From sequence record PV593634.1: a stretch of 64,000 bases of DNA, one strand, 5' to 3'. Below the pieces are notes generated by a model. That model worked only from the letters and a program-made list of their open reading frames with translations. It did no database searches and was not told the origin of the DNA. The position numbers and the translations under genes are program-made. Shown here piece by piece: positions 9,357 through 17,693 of this stretch (positions are counted from its first letter, which is position 1; every line of letters begins with the position of its first letter).

Positions 9357-11681
9357 TTAGTAACGACGGAAGCCCATACGGTTTTGCTTAGAGCGTTGTT
9401 CTACCAAACGTTTACCGCGTTCTGCTTTAGCGTTCTCGATAACTTCGTCAATGGTAATTGTCTTACGCATTTCCTTAGGAATCAATTCAGACAGTTTACG
9501 GATCTCCATCTCAATACGAGCTGCCAGTGTATTGTTATCACTTGTTAGCAGTTCTTTAGTAAGTAGGTTGATACGTTCACGAATCTTAACGAACAACTGA
9601 AGCTGGTCTTTGTTGTACTTAGGAGCATCCCCATTATCACGAAGGGTTTTGATCTCAATAAGCGTTGCGCCTTGAGGGATGTTGTAACGGTCTTTATTGT
9701 AACCCATCTTAATAAACCAGTAGGTCAACAACCAAGCAATTACCAAGTCATCGTGTCCTCTTGAGCTGTGGTCAATACGACCATCCTTATCTACTTCCAA
9801 ACCAATCAGTTCATCGATCAACAGTTTGTAGCGAATACCTGCACCTGTTAGTGAAATAGCTTCGTGGATAAAACCATACATCTGACGACGAGATTCAGGA
9901 CCCGTGTGGAATCCGAACTTACCTTTATGACGAAGGTAGAACTCTTTAGTACGATGTTTAAAGCTCATCTCCATTACATCACGATATTCGTTAGCATACT
10001 TGATAGGTTTATCAAAGATATCGTTGAACAGTCGAGTGAATGGATCGATACCATACGCTGGCAGGATAATCAATAAACGTTCGATCATCATAGCAGCACG
10101 GTTTCGTTCAATGATCAACATCGAGTTACTAATCCGAATCAGGAGTTCCTTACAAACGTCCGTAACGTCATCCAGGAAGGCTAGCGCATATCGACCTGTA
10201 CCAATGACCTCACCTGACTTAAGACGTCGTATAACAAGCGTACAGGCATCTCGGTCGTTGGCGTCTGAGGTATCCATCCCGTAGAGTAGATATTCAGTTG
10301 GATCATCAATATAGACTTGCAGTTCTTCTTCTGAAATGAACCAGTCTACAAACAGGCCAGTATCTCCGATCTCTTCGTTTCGTAAGTGTTCTACTTTTGA
10401 CTCTGCTAGTTTCTCACGAGTAAAGTCATCGAACAGTTTGTTCATCCCTTCTTCAGTCCACATCATCAACAAGTCGATCTTAGCCTTAGACCAAGACAGA
10501 CCAAGTTTATCCATGGTCTCTTTAACCCAAGCATGACCAAAGCCAAGTTGAAGGTGGGTGAACATCATCCCGATTTTCGGGTGAGTGGTTTTAACAGGGG
10601 AAGCTTTCATGATACGCTGAACGAGGTGAGTCTCTGAATAACTATCAAAGAACTTCTCACGCCACTCAGTAGAGTTCATGAAGTCGTCGTGCATGTACTT
10701 ACCTTCCTCTTTTAACACGGAGTTAGGTGTAGTAGCTTTCGCTGTGAAATAAGGAATGCCTTTCTCACGCGCTTCCTTCTGTGCAGTCAGGGTCGCAGGA
10801 CCCGAACCGTTTATGATGTTCTCTATGTACTTAGTCCATGCAGGTTCATCGTACAACAGAACTTCGAAGGTTGAACCACGGCTGACGTTCTCTGCACCAT
10901 CCGCACCACCCGAAGGTACACGCACTTCAAAGGTGTTCTTCTTATCTTCACCAAAGGCTTGGTAGGTTAAGGCGTTACCAGCATCCTTATCCTTGTAAGT
11001 CATGTTGGTTAGGTATTCAGGTAAACCAGCACGGATCTTCTTCAGAGCTTCAACGAACTGCATACGGTTAGCTGCAGCAAGTGTAATCAGACCAGTACGG
11101 AAACCACGACCTAACAGATACTGCATGATAAATGCAAGTACCTGCATCCCTACAGTTTTACCAGATTGACGCGGCATCAGGATAGTAGTTGGGATATGGT
11201 TAACGCAAGACCAGATGAAAGAGATAACAGCACGGTTACCACGGAAGCGACGACCACCGATCTTGATTACTTCACGGAGAATGTACCAGATGTTTTCGTT
11301 ACATTCGTTCAGGATCATCATCCGCTGTTCATCGGTTAGATCTTCAGACCAAGGATCGAGATCTTTAATCAACGGGTTGTTGATTTGCAGAAGGAAGTAA
11401 TAGTTCTTAATTCCCATCTGTCTAAACAGTTCAGCAGTACGGAGGAAAGACTTGTTAGTCGTCTCGGTATGAACACCAGCACCATAGCGAGAGAAGTCTT
11501 TAAGGAAACGTACAGTCTTAAGAGTCCAAAGGGAATCTTCCTCATAGTGAGCTTCGATACGATGATCGTCTTCATCTAAAGGAGTGCGTTCGTTCTTGTC
11601 ATCCATCAGGAACTTAGGTAAACTGCCAGCTTTCCATCCCTGGTGTTGTAGGATCTTCTTGGCGATCTCTAAATTACTCAT
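9357..11681 (-). CDS. terL: Terminase large subunit
   Basis: 774 aa; Walker A PRQSGKT, Walker B LLYDE, nuclease GMDTSD and HDDLVIA. Confidence 0.92.
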   Translation of the reverse strand: MSNLEIAKKILQHQGWKAGSLPKFLMDDKNERTPLDEDDHRIEAHYEEDSLWTLKTVRFLKDFSRYGAGVHTETTNKSFLRTAELFRQMGIKNYYFLLQINNPLIKDLDPWSEDLTDEQRMMILNECNENIWYILREVIKIGGRRFRGNRAVISFIWSCVNHIPTTILMPRQSGKTVGMQVLAFIMQYLLGRGFRTGLITLAAANRMQFVEALKKIRAGLPEYLTNMTYKDKDAGNALTYQAFGEDKKNTFEVRVPSGGADGAENVSRGSTFEVLLYDEPAWTKYIENIINGSGPATLTAQKEAREKGIPYFTAKATTPNSVLKEEGKYMHDDFMNSTEWREKFFDSYSETHLVQRIMKASPVKTTHPKIGMMFTHLQLGFGHAWVKETMDKLGLSWSKAKIDLLMMWTEEGMNKLFDDFTREKLAESKVEHLRNEEIGDTGLFVDWFISEEELQVYIDDPTEYLLYGMDTSDANDRDACTLVIRRLKSGEVIGTGRYALAFLDDVTDVCKELLIRISNSMLIIERNRAAMMIERLLIILPAYGIDPFTRLFNDIFDKPIKYANEYRDVMEMSFKHRTKEFYLRHKGKFGFHTGPESRRQMYGFIHEAISLTGAGIRYKLLIDELIGLEVDKDGRIDHSSRGHDDLVIAWLLTYWFIKMGYNKDRYNIPQGATLIEIKTLRDNGDAPKYNKDQLQLFVKIRERINLLTKELLTSDNNTLAARIEMEIRKLSELIPKEMRKTITIDEVIENAKAERGKRLVEQRSKQNRMGFRRY

Positions 11682-11773
11682 TCGCGTAATTACCTTGTCA
11701 AATAGTTAATCGCAGCACAGAGGCTTACAGGAGGTTTAATAACAAACTATTCATTTGAATAAGGAATCGGACA

Positions 11774-11790
11774 TATATCATTAAAGTGTA
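11774..11790 (+). promoter_or_regulatory. Phage promoter-like motif (variant)
   Basis: TATATCATTAAAGTGTA. Confidence 0.55.
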
Positions 11791-11833
11791 AGTACAATAA
11801 TGTATTACATAACCTAATTTAGAGGGCTTTAAT

Positions 11834-12277
11834 ATGACTACTTTTACTAACGAGTTCAAAGACAACTTGGCAGCCATCACCGGGAACGGTACTCTAATTA
11901 AGTTGGATGTGGTTGACCCAAATGTGGAAGAACGCAGACTGGGTCTGGTCCGTGAATATGGGTACGACAAAGATCGTTTCGATGCGGCTTTGTTTATCTA
12001 TATCTGTAACGTGCTGGATGACCATGGATTAGCTAATAAATATCCAATGGGTCGTGAAGTAATTATTGCAACTACAGCTAAGTCTGTAGTGGATTGGTTC
12101 AATAGCGGTAAGCTGTTGGTGAATACCGGTTATAGCTTATCCATGTATATCGCTAGTCGCGTTGGACCGACATGGTTGGACGAAGGCAAATGTCCTTCTT
12201 CTGAGACTATTGAATTGATCGAGAAAGATATGGACCGTGTGTTCAGTGTCTGGCATGATCGCATGTTCGATTTTTAA
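11834..12277 (+). CDS. Hypothetical protein
   Basis: 147 aa with RBS, promoter motif and terminator. Confidence 0.7.
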   Translation: MTTFTNEFKDNLAAITGNGTLIKLDVVDPNVEERRLGLVREYGYDKDRFDAALFIYICNVLDDHGLANKYPMGREVIIATTAKSVVDWFNSGKLLVNTGYSLSMYIASRVGPTWLDEGKCPSSETIELIEKDMDRVFSVWHDRMFDF

Positions 12278-12285
12278 TATAAGAC

Positions 12286-12313
12286 CCTACCTACTCCAAT
12301 CGGAGTAGGTAGG
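12286..12313. terminator. Terminator hairpin between convergent genes
   Basis: Perfect 12-bp stem CCTACCTACTCC/GGAGTAGGTAGG. Confidence 0.8.
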
Positions 12314-12329
12314 TATCTTTAAGCTTTAT

Positions 12330-12935
12330 TTATTTTTGGTTAATAAATTCAAGAATTAAATCTTCAGGGGTATCCGGCTTGATGATCATCAGTTCGATGT
12401 CAGTGTTGAAAGTAAAGAGTGCCAGGGAATGTAGATACTTTTCACGCATCTCTTCCCAGTTCTTCGGATCCTTGAGCCACAGGTCCTTAGCATCAACTGC
12501 ACGCTGACAGCCTTCCAAACGCTCCAGGAACGTTTCATGATCAATATCCATAAATAGCACATGGCTAGGATTAAGATCGTGGTGGGCTGTTTTAAGCATC
12601 TCTCTGTTAGCTCGTAGTACGGCACTTGGAGGGAACTGAACGGTTGACTGGTAAACCATGGAACTTACAACATTACGATCTGAAATCAGACCAGTGTATC
12701 GGTGTTCATTAACTACTTCATTAAAGCAGTCAATACGACCAGCGATGATCATCATCATTTCATAATGCTTGGGTAAGTAGTTCGCATTATTCATACGTTT
12801 AATTTCAGCTGCGTGTTCATTTCCGGTATATGGTTCGTTAACGAACTTCCAACCTAACTGACTCGCCAGCTTTTTACCCAGGGTTGATTTACCAGAGAAA
12901 TCCAGACCTTCAAGCACGACATACTTCTGTTTCAT
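12330..12935 (-). CDS. tmk: Thymidylate (dTMP) kinase
   Basis: P-loop LEGLDFSGKST, EPY motif, SDRNVVSSMVYQ. Confidence 0.9.
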   Translation of the reverse strand: MKQKYVVLEGLDFSGKSTLGKKLASQLGWKFVNEPYTGNEHAAEIKRMNNANYLPKHYEMMMIIAGRIDCFNEVVNEHRYTGLISDRNVVSSMVYQSTVQFPPSAVLRANREMLKTAHHDLNPSHVLFMDIDHETFLERLEGCQRAVDAKDLWLKDPKNWEEMREKYLHSLALFTFNTDIELMIIKPDTPEDLILEFINQK

Positions 12936-14401
12936 TATCTATAAGCTTCCATTGTTAAGGTTCTCAAAACAATGTAGAGCATCAGGCTAGTACGAAGAGA
13001 AGTAATCTTAATCTCCGTCTTAATACCTGTCATTACCTTCACGATCTCGTCACCATTAACACGCAGCTTATGTAGCAGTGCGTTGGTGGATTTACTTGAA
13101 GTATAAGCTCCACGTATTTTGAAGAACACGTTTTTGATGTCATCTGACCGAATGTTGTTAGTTGCCAAATACTCGAACATGTGCGTGGTTACGTCATCAA
13201 CGAACTCCCGGTAGCTATCACCTTTAGGGTGAGCCCATTGAGCAGGGAAGTCTCGGAGGATCATATCCAGTTTATCAGCATCTGTACGAGGAATAGCTTT
13301 AGCAGCATAAGTTGCAAGCTCCTGTTTAAAGAAACTGTTTTTGTCTGCTAACACAACACCGATATAGTTCTTGTAACGGTTAACGTGTTTCTGAACATCT
13401 TTGATATTCAGTTCGCCATCAAGCATTGCAAGACCAGAATCAGTCTCAACCAAATCAACGGAGTCTTTAACTTCGTACAACACTTTGGTATAGTCGTTGA
13501 TTACACCTTTAAGACGTGACTCCATGTCGTTCACCATGTAAACGATTTTCTTGTCATTATCCATCTTAGCAAATGTATCGAAGTGAATGCCTTTATTGCG
13601 GTCAATGATAAACTCACCACGAGCACGGAACAAGGCGTTCCATGAACCATAACGTTTGATATCAAACTTAAGGGACAGTTTGTTATACGTCGTAATAGCC
13701 ACGTTCTGTTTTACCAGGTAACCGAAGTAATGGTTCATGATCGAGGTCATGATGCGGTAGTGGAACAACATAACCAGGTTGATCAACGCATCTTCTTTCA
13801 ACTGCGGTGGTAACTCGGCCACTTGAACACGGTGCATCAAGTAAACGATAGCCAGGTTGAATGCTGAGGAAGATACTTTAAAGTCTTTGTTGATCCATTT
13901 GGTTTTGATCAACTCGTCACGTAAACGAACTTCGTCAACATCGATAATGTCACGGAAGAAAGTAACACGATCAGATGTTTTAAATAGAATGCGGTGAGTT
14001 CCTAAATAAGGAGAACCGAAGAACTCTGTATGATCGTTATCTTTGGTGGCGAAACCGTAGACGTAACGTTTGAGTGTTTGCACCCAACGTGGTGTGATCT
14101 CCAGATCATCAACCATCTGATCAAAGATATCCTTGACAGCATTGTCACGGTTATAATTGAAGTTAGGTTGCAGAGCTTCAAAGCCCGCCATATACTCAAG
14201 GTTCTGAGTATAGGACTCAAGGCCACCAAACTGGTTAAGAGCAACTTCAGGACCAAACAAGGTCCAAGGTTGATCTCGTGACTCCATACCTGCTAGGAGT
14301 GCTCTCAGTTCGTTATCTGACAACTGTTGCTCATCGTACTCGTCTTGCGATGTAGGAACAAAACTTTGACGAATAGAGAGCGCGGCTTGGTTAAGATTCA
14401 T
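12935..14401 (-). CDS. Virion (probably head) protein with acidic propeptide
   Basis: 488 aa; N-terminus carries AGME/S, GGLE/S and AGFE/A motifs. Confidence 0.6.
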   Translation of the reverse strand: MNLNQAALSIRQSFVPTSQDEYDEQQLSDNELRALLAGMESRDQPWTLFGPEVALNQFGGLESYTQNLEYMAGFEALQPNFNYNRDNAVKDIFDQMVDDLEITPRWVQTLKRYVYGFATKDNDHTEFFGSPYLGTHRILFKTSDRVTFFRDIIDVDEVRLRDELIKTKWINKDFKVSSSAFNLAIVYLMHRVQVAELPPQLKEDALINLVMLFHYRIMTSIMNHYFGYLVKQNVAITTYNKLSLKFDIKRYGSWNALFRARGEFIIDRNKGIHFDTFAKMDNDKKIVYMVNDMESRLKGVINDYTKVLYEVKDSVDLVETDSGLAMLDGELNIKDVQKHVNRYKNYIGVVLADKNSFFKQELATYAAKAIPRTDADKLDMILRDFPAQWAHPKGDSYREFVDDVTTHMFEYLATNNIRSDDIKNVFFKIRGAYTSSKSTNALLHKLRVNGDEIVKVMTGIKTEIKITSLRTSLMLYIVLRTLTMEAYR

Positions 14402-15246
14402 TAGCGTTTCCTTGGAACGGTCATCTTGATAGAATCTGCTTTACCCTTAGGATCAGCATAAGCAAGATATTTCTTCATCTCGGTGTTAAACATATCTTTG
14501 AATTCACGGTGGGCATCCGCGTATCCTTGGATATCGTCTTGAACATCTTCAACCGTTACACCAAAGCGAGATACCGCTTCTTGCATACCACGTCTGCAAG
14601 TCTTATAGATATAAGCTTTAACACCTAACTCTACAAGCTCAGCAAACTTGTCATACATCTTGGGTGGGATTATGGAGAAGTGTTCGTCATAGGACAAAAC
14701 AACTTTAGCGATCATATTAAACATGGCTGAACCAGCATCACGAATAATGAAGGAGTTATTCCCCGTCATTGTGAAACTAGTAAATGAACGCTGTACCTGT
14801 CCATCATCTAAACCATTGATCAAGCGGTTCATACTACCGGTCATTGAACTACTGCCACAAGTTGCGTAGTTGTTGAAGTTGTAACCGTTGTTAATAGCCC
14901 GATTAATATTTCCAGGATAGACTTCTATTACCTGGATAATACGGCGACCGCCAGTCATAAAGTCTGGAACGTTAACTGCAATGATACCGCCTTGCAGGTT
15001 TTCAATATTGGCAGCGCTAAGATCAATAATCTCAGTTGTACCACCAGCGACGTTCAGCAAAGGCCCTACCATCTTCATGATGACCTTTTCACGAATACCT
15101 TGTTCAATTGTGAACTCATCATTCACAGGAGCCCAAATGGACCCATAGCCGTTATTTGGATTGTTAAAGGCTAACTTGAGTAAGTATTCCGAAATATCAG
15201 TAGGTCCGTTGATAACGTACTCAATTGAGAAATCAACTGGATTCAT
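14401..15246 (-). CDS. Conserved hypothetical, probably virion protein
   Basis: 281 aa, GAGG RBS, translationally coupled to the next gene. Confidence 0.6.
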   Translation of the reverse strand: MNPVDFSIEYVINGPTDISEYLLKLAFNNPNNGYGSIWAPVNDEFTIEQGIREKVIMKMVGPLLNVAGGTTEIIDLSAANIENLQGGIIAVNVPDFMTGGRRIIQVIEVYPGNINRAINNGYNFNNYATCGSSSMTGSMNRLINGLDDGQVQRSFTSFTMTGNNSFIIRDAGSAMFNMIAKVVLSYDEHFSIIPPKMYDKFAELVELGVKAYIYKTCRRGMQEAVSRFGVTVEDVQDDIQGYADAHREFKDMFNTEMKKYLAYADPKGKADSIKMTVPRKR

Positions 15247-15296
15247 AATAACCTCTTTTATAATGGAATTACAAAAGATCGAAGTACAGACATAAA

Positions 15297-15325
15297 CCCC
15301 TACCCCTCCGAAGAGAAGGTAGGGG
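15297..15325 (-). terminator. Intrinsic terminator
   Basis: CCCCTACC...GGTAGGGG; minus strand continues into TTTATG. Confidence 0.75.
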
Positions 15326-15333
15326 ATATGCTT

Positions 15334-15436
15334 GTCGGGTAAGGCAGGACGGTTTCAGGCATGAATGGCAGACACACCTGAATCCCCGTTTCGTCCATTT
15401 GTTTTAGTTCGCAGGACTCGTCAGCTGTTACGAACA
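15334..15436 (-). ncRNA. Type I hammerhead ribozyme
   Basis: Minus strand: CAG CUGACGA GUCC-17 nt loop-GGAC GAAA CGG-hairpin-CCG UC^ CUG. All core nucleotides and stems I-III are present. Confidence 0.88.
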
Positions 15437-16037
15437 CCTCTCTCTCACCAGGGTAGAGATTTGGTAGGTCCTCAGATATCGCATCGCTAATCACGTTAGC
15501 TAATAGGCATTTGGAGTATCAGGACTCCGCCTTGAGTTATGCTTTCGTTCTGAAGGACCAATGGATGTATCCTCACAACCTCAGACACTAGACTCGATTC
15601 ACGTAAGTGTTTAATTTTGGTCTCGGCCGTGTCGGTAGCAAGGATACTGAAGGGATGCAACGTTCCCAAGTAAGATAGATATTGTTTCGCTTCGGCCCAG
15701 GATGGAGTTCGGGTTCTACCATCATCGATAACCCGACGAGCGCCGTCGGAGAGTGCATTCAGCTTATGCTACTGGACATTCTATCAAACGCGTTGCTAAG
15801 CGCCAACGGATTCCGAAGGCACCATCCACCAGGGCTGTTTCGTACCTGACCCATGAGTCAGAATACCAGTCACCTGGATTTAGTTCCCTGGAAGCTGCGA
15901 TTCCTCCAGGGATTTAGCCCTCAACTTTACGCCGGTCTTCGCCAGCAGGCTGAGGGTCTTACGAACCCATTGTGTTGACTGGTGAATCCGAGTTAAGAGT
16001 CCTTAGTCGTTAAGACTTACTGCCCATTAACCCCGAC
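15334..16037 (-). ncRNA. Large structured non-coding RNA (about 700 nt), family not recognised
   Basis: No credible ORF; 5' and 3' ends complementary; many hairpins and long-range helices; G-U pairs favour the minus strand. Confidence 0.75.
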
Positions 16038-16064
16038 GCACACTTCCCAACAGTTTGGGTCTAA

Positions 16065-16460
16065 CTATGATCCGTAATCGAGTTTTACGAATCTACCTTT
16101 ATAGTAGCCAAAGTTTTCAGGCTTTGCATCGCTTCTATAAAAGTCAGGAGAGATTGTGGTTAAAGATGGTGACAACGCACAGAGTCTTTCTAGCTCAACG
16201 AAGTATAGTCCTCTGTTATTAACAGGGGCGCAACGTCTCATCACTATGAACAATCCAGTACGTGTTCCCATAACCGACGGACACAGATGTGAATCAGGTC
16301 TATCAGCTATTCCTCTCCATTTCCATTCAGTAATATTAGCTAGCAGTCCTTGTAGGAAATGTTCCCAACTGTAGAACGACGGTAGTTTAATAGCGTACCG
16401 TTTCGTCAATATCACTAACCTGGTGGCGCCTTTTCTGTTAACCTTGATATTGGGCAACAT
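16065..16460 (-). CDS. Minimal protein-kinase-like fold protein
   Basis: 131 aa; GATRLV, YAIK (VAIK-like), DAKPEN (DxKxxN), KLDYG (DFG-like). Confidence 0.65.
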   Translation of the reverse strand: MLPNIKVNRKGATRLVILTKRYAIKLPSFYSWEHFLQGLLANITEWKWRGIADRPDSHLCPSVMGTRTGLFIVMRRCAPVNNRGLYFVELERLCALSPSLTTISPDFYRSDAKPENFGYYKGRFVKLDYGS

Positions 16461-16680
16461 GAGGCATCAGTGCAGACCAACCGCCGACGTGTTTATCGTC
16501 AACAAAGATCTGTGGAACTTCGCGAACCATAGTGCCACAAATTTCACCGAGCTTAACAGCATCGATACCTTGCTCAACGATGTCGATGTATTCAACTTCG
16601 ATAGCAGGTTTTGTGGCACACAGGTTTTTAGCTTTAACACAGTTAGGGCAATTCGGTTTGCCGTAAATCGTTACTTTCAT
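16438..16680 (-). CDS. grx: Glutaredoxin
   Basis: 80 aa; CPNC, VPQIFVDDKHVGG. Confidence 0.9.
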   Translation of the reverse strand: MKVTIYGKPNCPNCVKAKNLCATKPAIEVEYIDIVEQGIDAVKLGEICGTMVREVPQIFVDDKHVGGWSALMPHVAQYQG

Positions 16681-16860
16681 TTCTTATACTCGCAGGTTTA
16701 TTAAATATGAATTCATATTACAGTGTAATCATCACTCGTCTTGGTTTCCGTTCAGAGTGTTTCATAGTTAGCCGTAACCTTATGATGAATCACTTAGGTT
16801 CTTATGGTTATGTCTTTCGACACCTTTACACTAACCAGTGATACTGGAATGAATAAAGTT

Positions 16861-16947
16861 TGGAGCCAAGTACTGGATTCGAACCAGTGATGTCCTTTCG
16901 GAAATGGATTTGCAATCCATCTGCTTCGACCGCTCACATAACTTGGC
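16861..16947 (-). tRNA. tRNA-Cys(GCA) with long variable arm
   Basis: Acceptor GCCAAGU/ACUUGGC, anticodon arm AUGGA-UUGCAAA-UCCAU, T arm ACUGG-UUCGAAU-CCAGU, U73, encoded CCA. Confidence 0.9.
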
Positions 16948-16951
16948 GTAA

Positions 16952-17057
16952 TCGTCTCGGCCTCAGGAGTTTAACCTGACTACTGTGAAATCGCCCAGTG
17001 GTAGAAACTAATCATCCACCATCACGACTTCACGACCTATCTACATAGATAACCGAA
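16952..17057 (-). ncRNA. tRNA-like element B
   Basis: UUCGGUU/GGCCGAG stem, UCAGG-UUAAACU-CCUGA T-like arm, 3' ACGA; interior is not a cloverleaf. Confidence 0.4.
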
Positions 17058-17060
17058 TTT

Positions 17061-17148
17061 GTTATCGGGAGCAAGATTCGAACCTGCATAGTCTTACGGA
17101 CGTATCCGCCGTCGAATTTCCTCACTAGGTTTAAAAGACTATCCCGAT
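17061..17148 (-). ncRNA. tRNA-like element A
   Basis: AUCGGGA/UCCCGAU stem, GCAGG-UUCGAAU-CUUGC T arm; D and anticodon arms replaced by a UAGUCUU/AAGACUA helix. Confidence 0.6.
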
Positions 17149-17154
17149 GTTTGT

Positions 17155-17544
17155 TTAATCAGACTGAACTTCTATAGGTTGAGCCTTTGTTCTAAGTCCG
17201 CTGGCTGTTGTTATCGAATCGTCTTGAACGAGACCGTTCTTAATGAACATAAGCTGTTTACCTATAGAAATTACTTCAGACCATCCAGCCACTTTAGCAA
17301 CCGATAGGATTTCATTGATGTGTTCTTTGGTGATTTGGCGCTTGGCCGAGATCTCCGATAAACCATTTCCAGCAAATGCATGGAGATTGGCTTTCTCAAT
17401 GAATTTATTAACTAGCTTTAACACATCACCGCTTGACATCAGGTAGATCGGATCGTTCTCGGTTCGATCTGCCGGATCCGGTAATAGCAGGACTTGGGCA
17501 TCTTGAATCTGAAGCGTTACATCTTTCATTTCTAACTTCCTCAT
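17155..17544 (-). CDS. Hypothetical protein
   Basis: 129 aa in the tRNA cluster. Confidence 0.6.
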   Translation of the reverse strand: MRKLEMKDVTLQIQDAQVLLLPDPADRTENDPIYLMSSGDVLKLVNKFIEKANLHAFAGNGLSEISAKRQITKEHINEILSVAKVAGWSEVISIGKQLMFIKNGLVQDDSITTASGLRTKAQPIEVQSD

Positions 17545-17604
17545 GGGTTGTTCGCTAAAAACCTTAAAATAGGTAAGCGAGGATCTTCATGACATTATGA
17601 AGTT

Positions 17605-17693
17605 TGGCAGAGAGTAAGGGATTCGAACCCTTGTGCCCCGAAGGACAACCTCCTTAGCAGGGAGGCGACTTAAACCAACTCATCCAACTCTCT
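17605..17693 (-). tRNA. tRNA-Ser(GCU)
   Basis: Anticodon arm CCUCC-CUGCUAA-GGAGG, long variable arm, G73, CCA. Confidence 0.95.

Noticed and set aside
15300-15494. 64-aa ORF over the hammerhead
   Set aside because: No RBS, runs through the terminator; the sequence is explained by RNA structure.
15880-15915. Group I intron reading of large RNA 1 (AAUCGCAGC resembles the Q element)
   Set aside because: No matching P4 partner or P7 and no interrupted exon; the segment is a simple hairpin loop.
15950-16037. Twister ribozyme at the 5' end of large RNA 1 (UUAAUG and GGGUUCGUAAGACCC)
   Set aside because: Loop length and both pseudoknot partners do not fit; a self-cleavage assay would settle it.
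16722-16832. c-di-GMP-I riboswitch
   Set aside because: Tetraloop and receptor are present, but the conserved ligand-binding junction residues are not evident.
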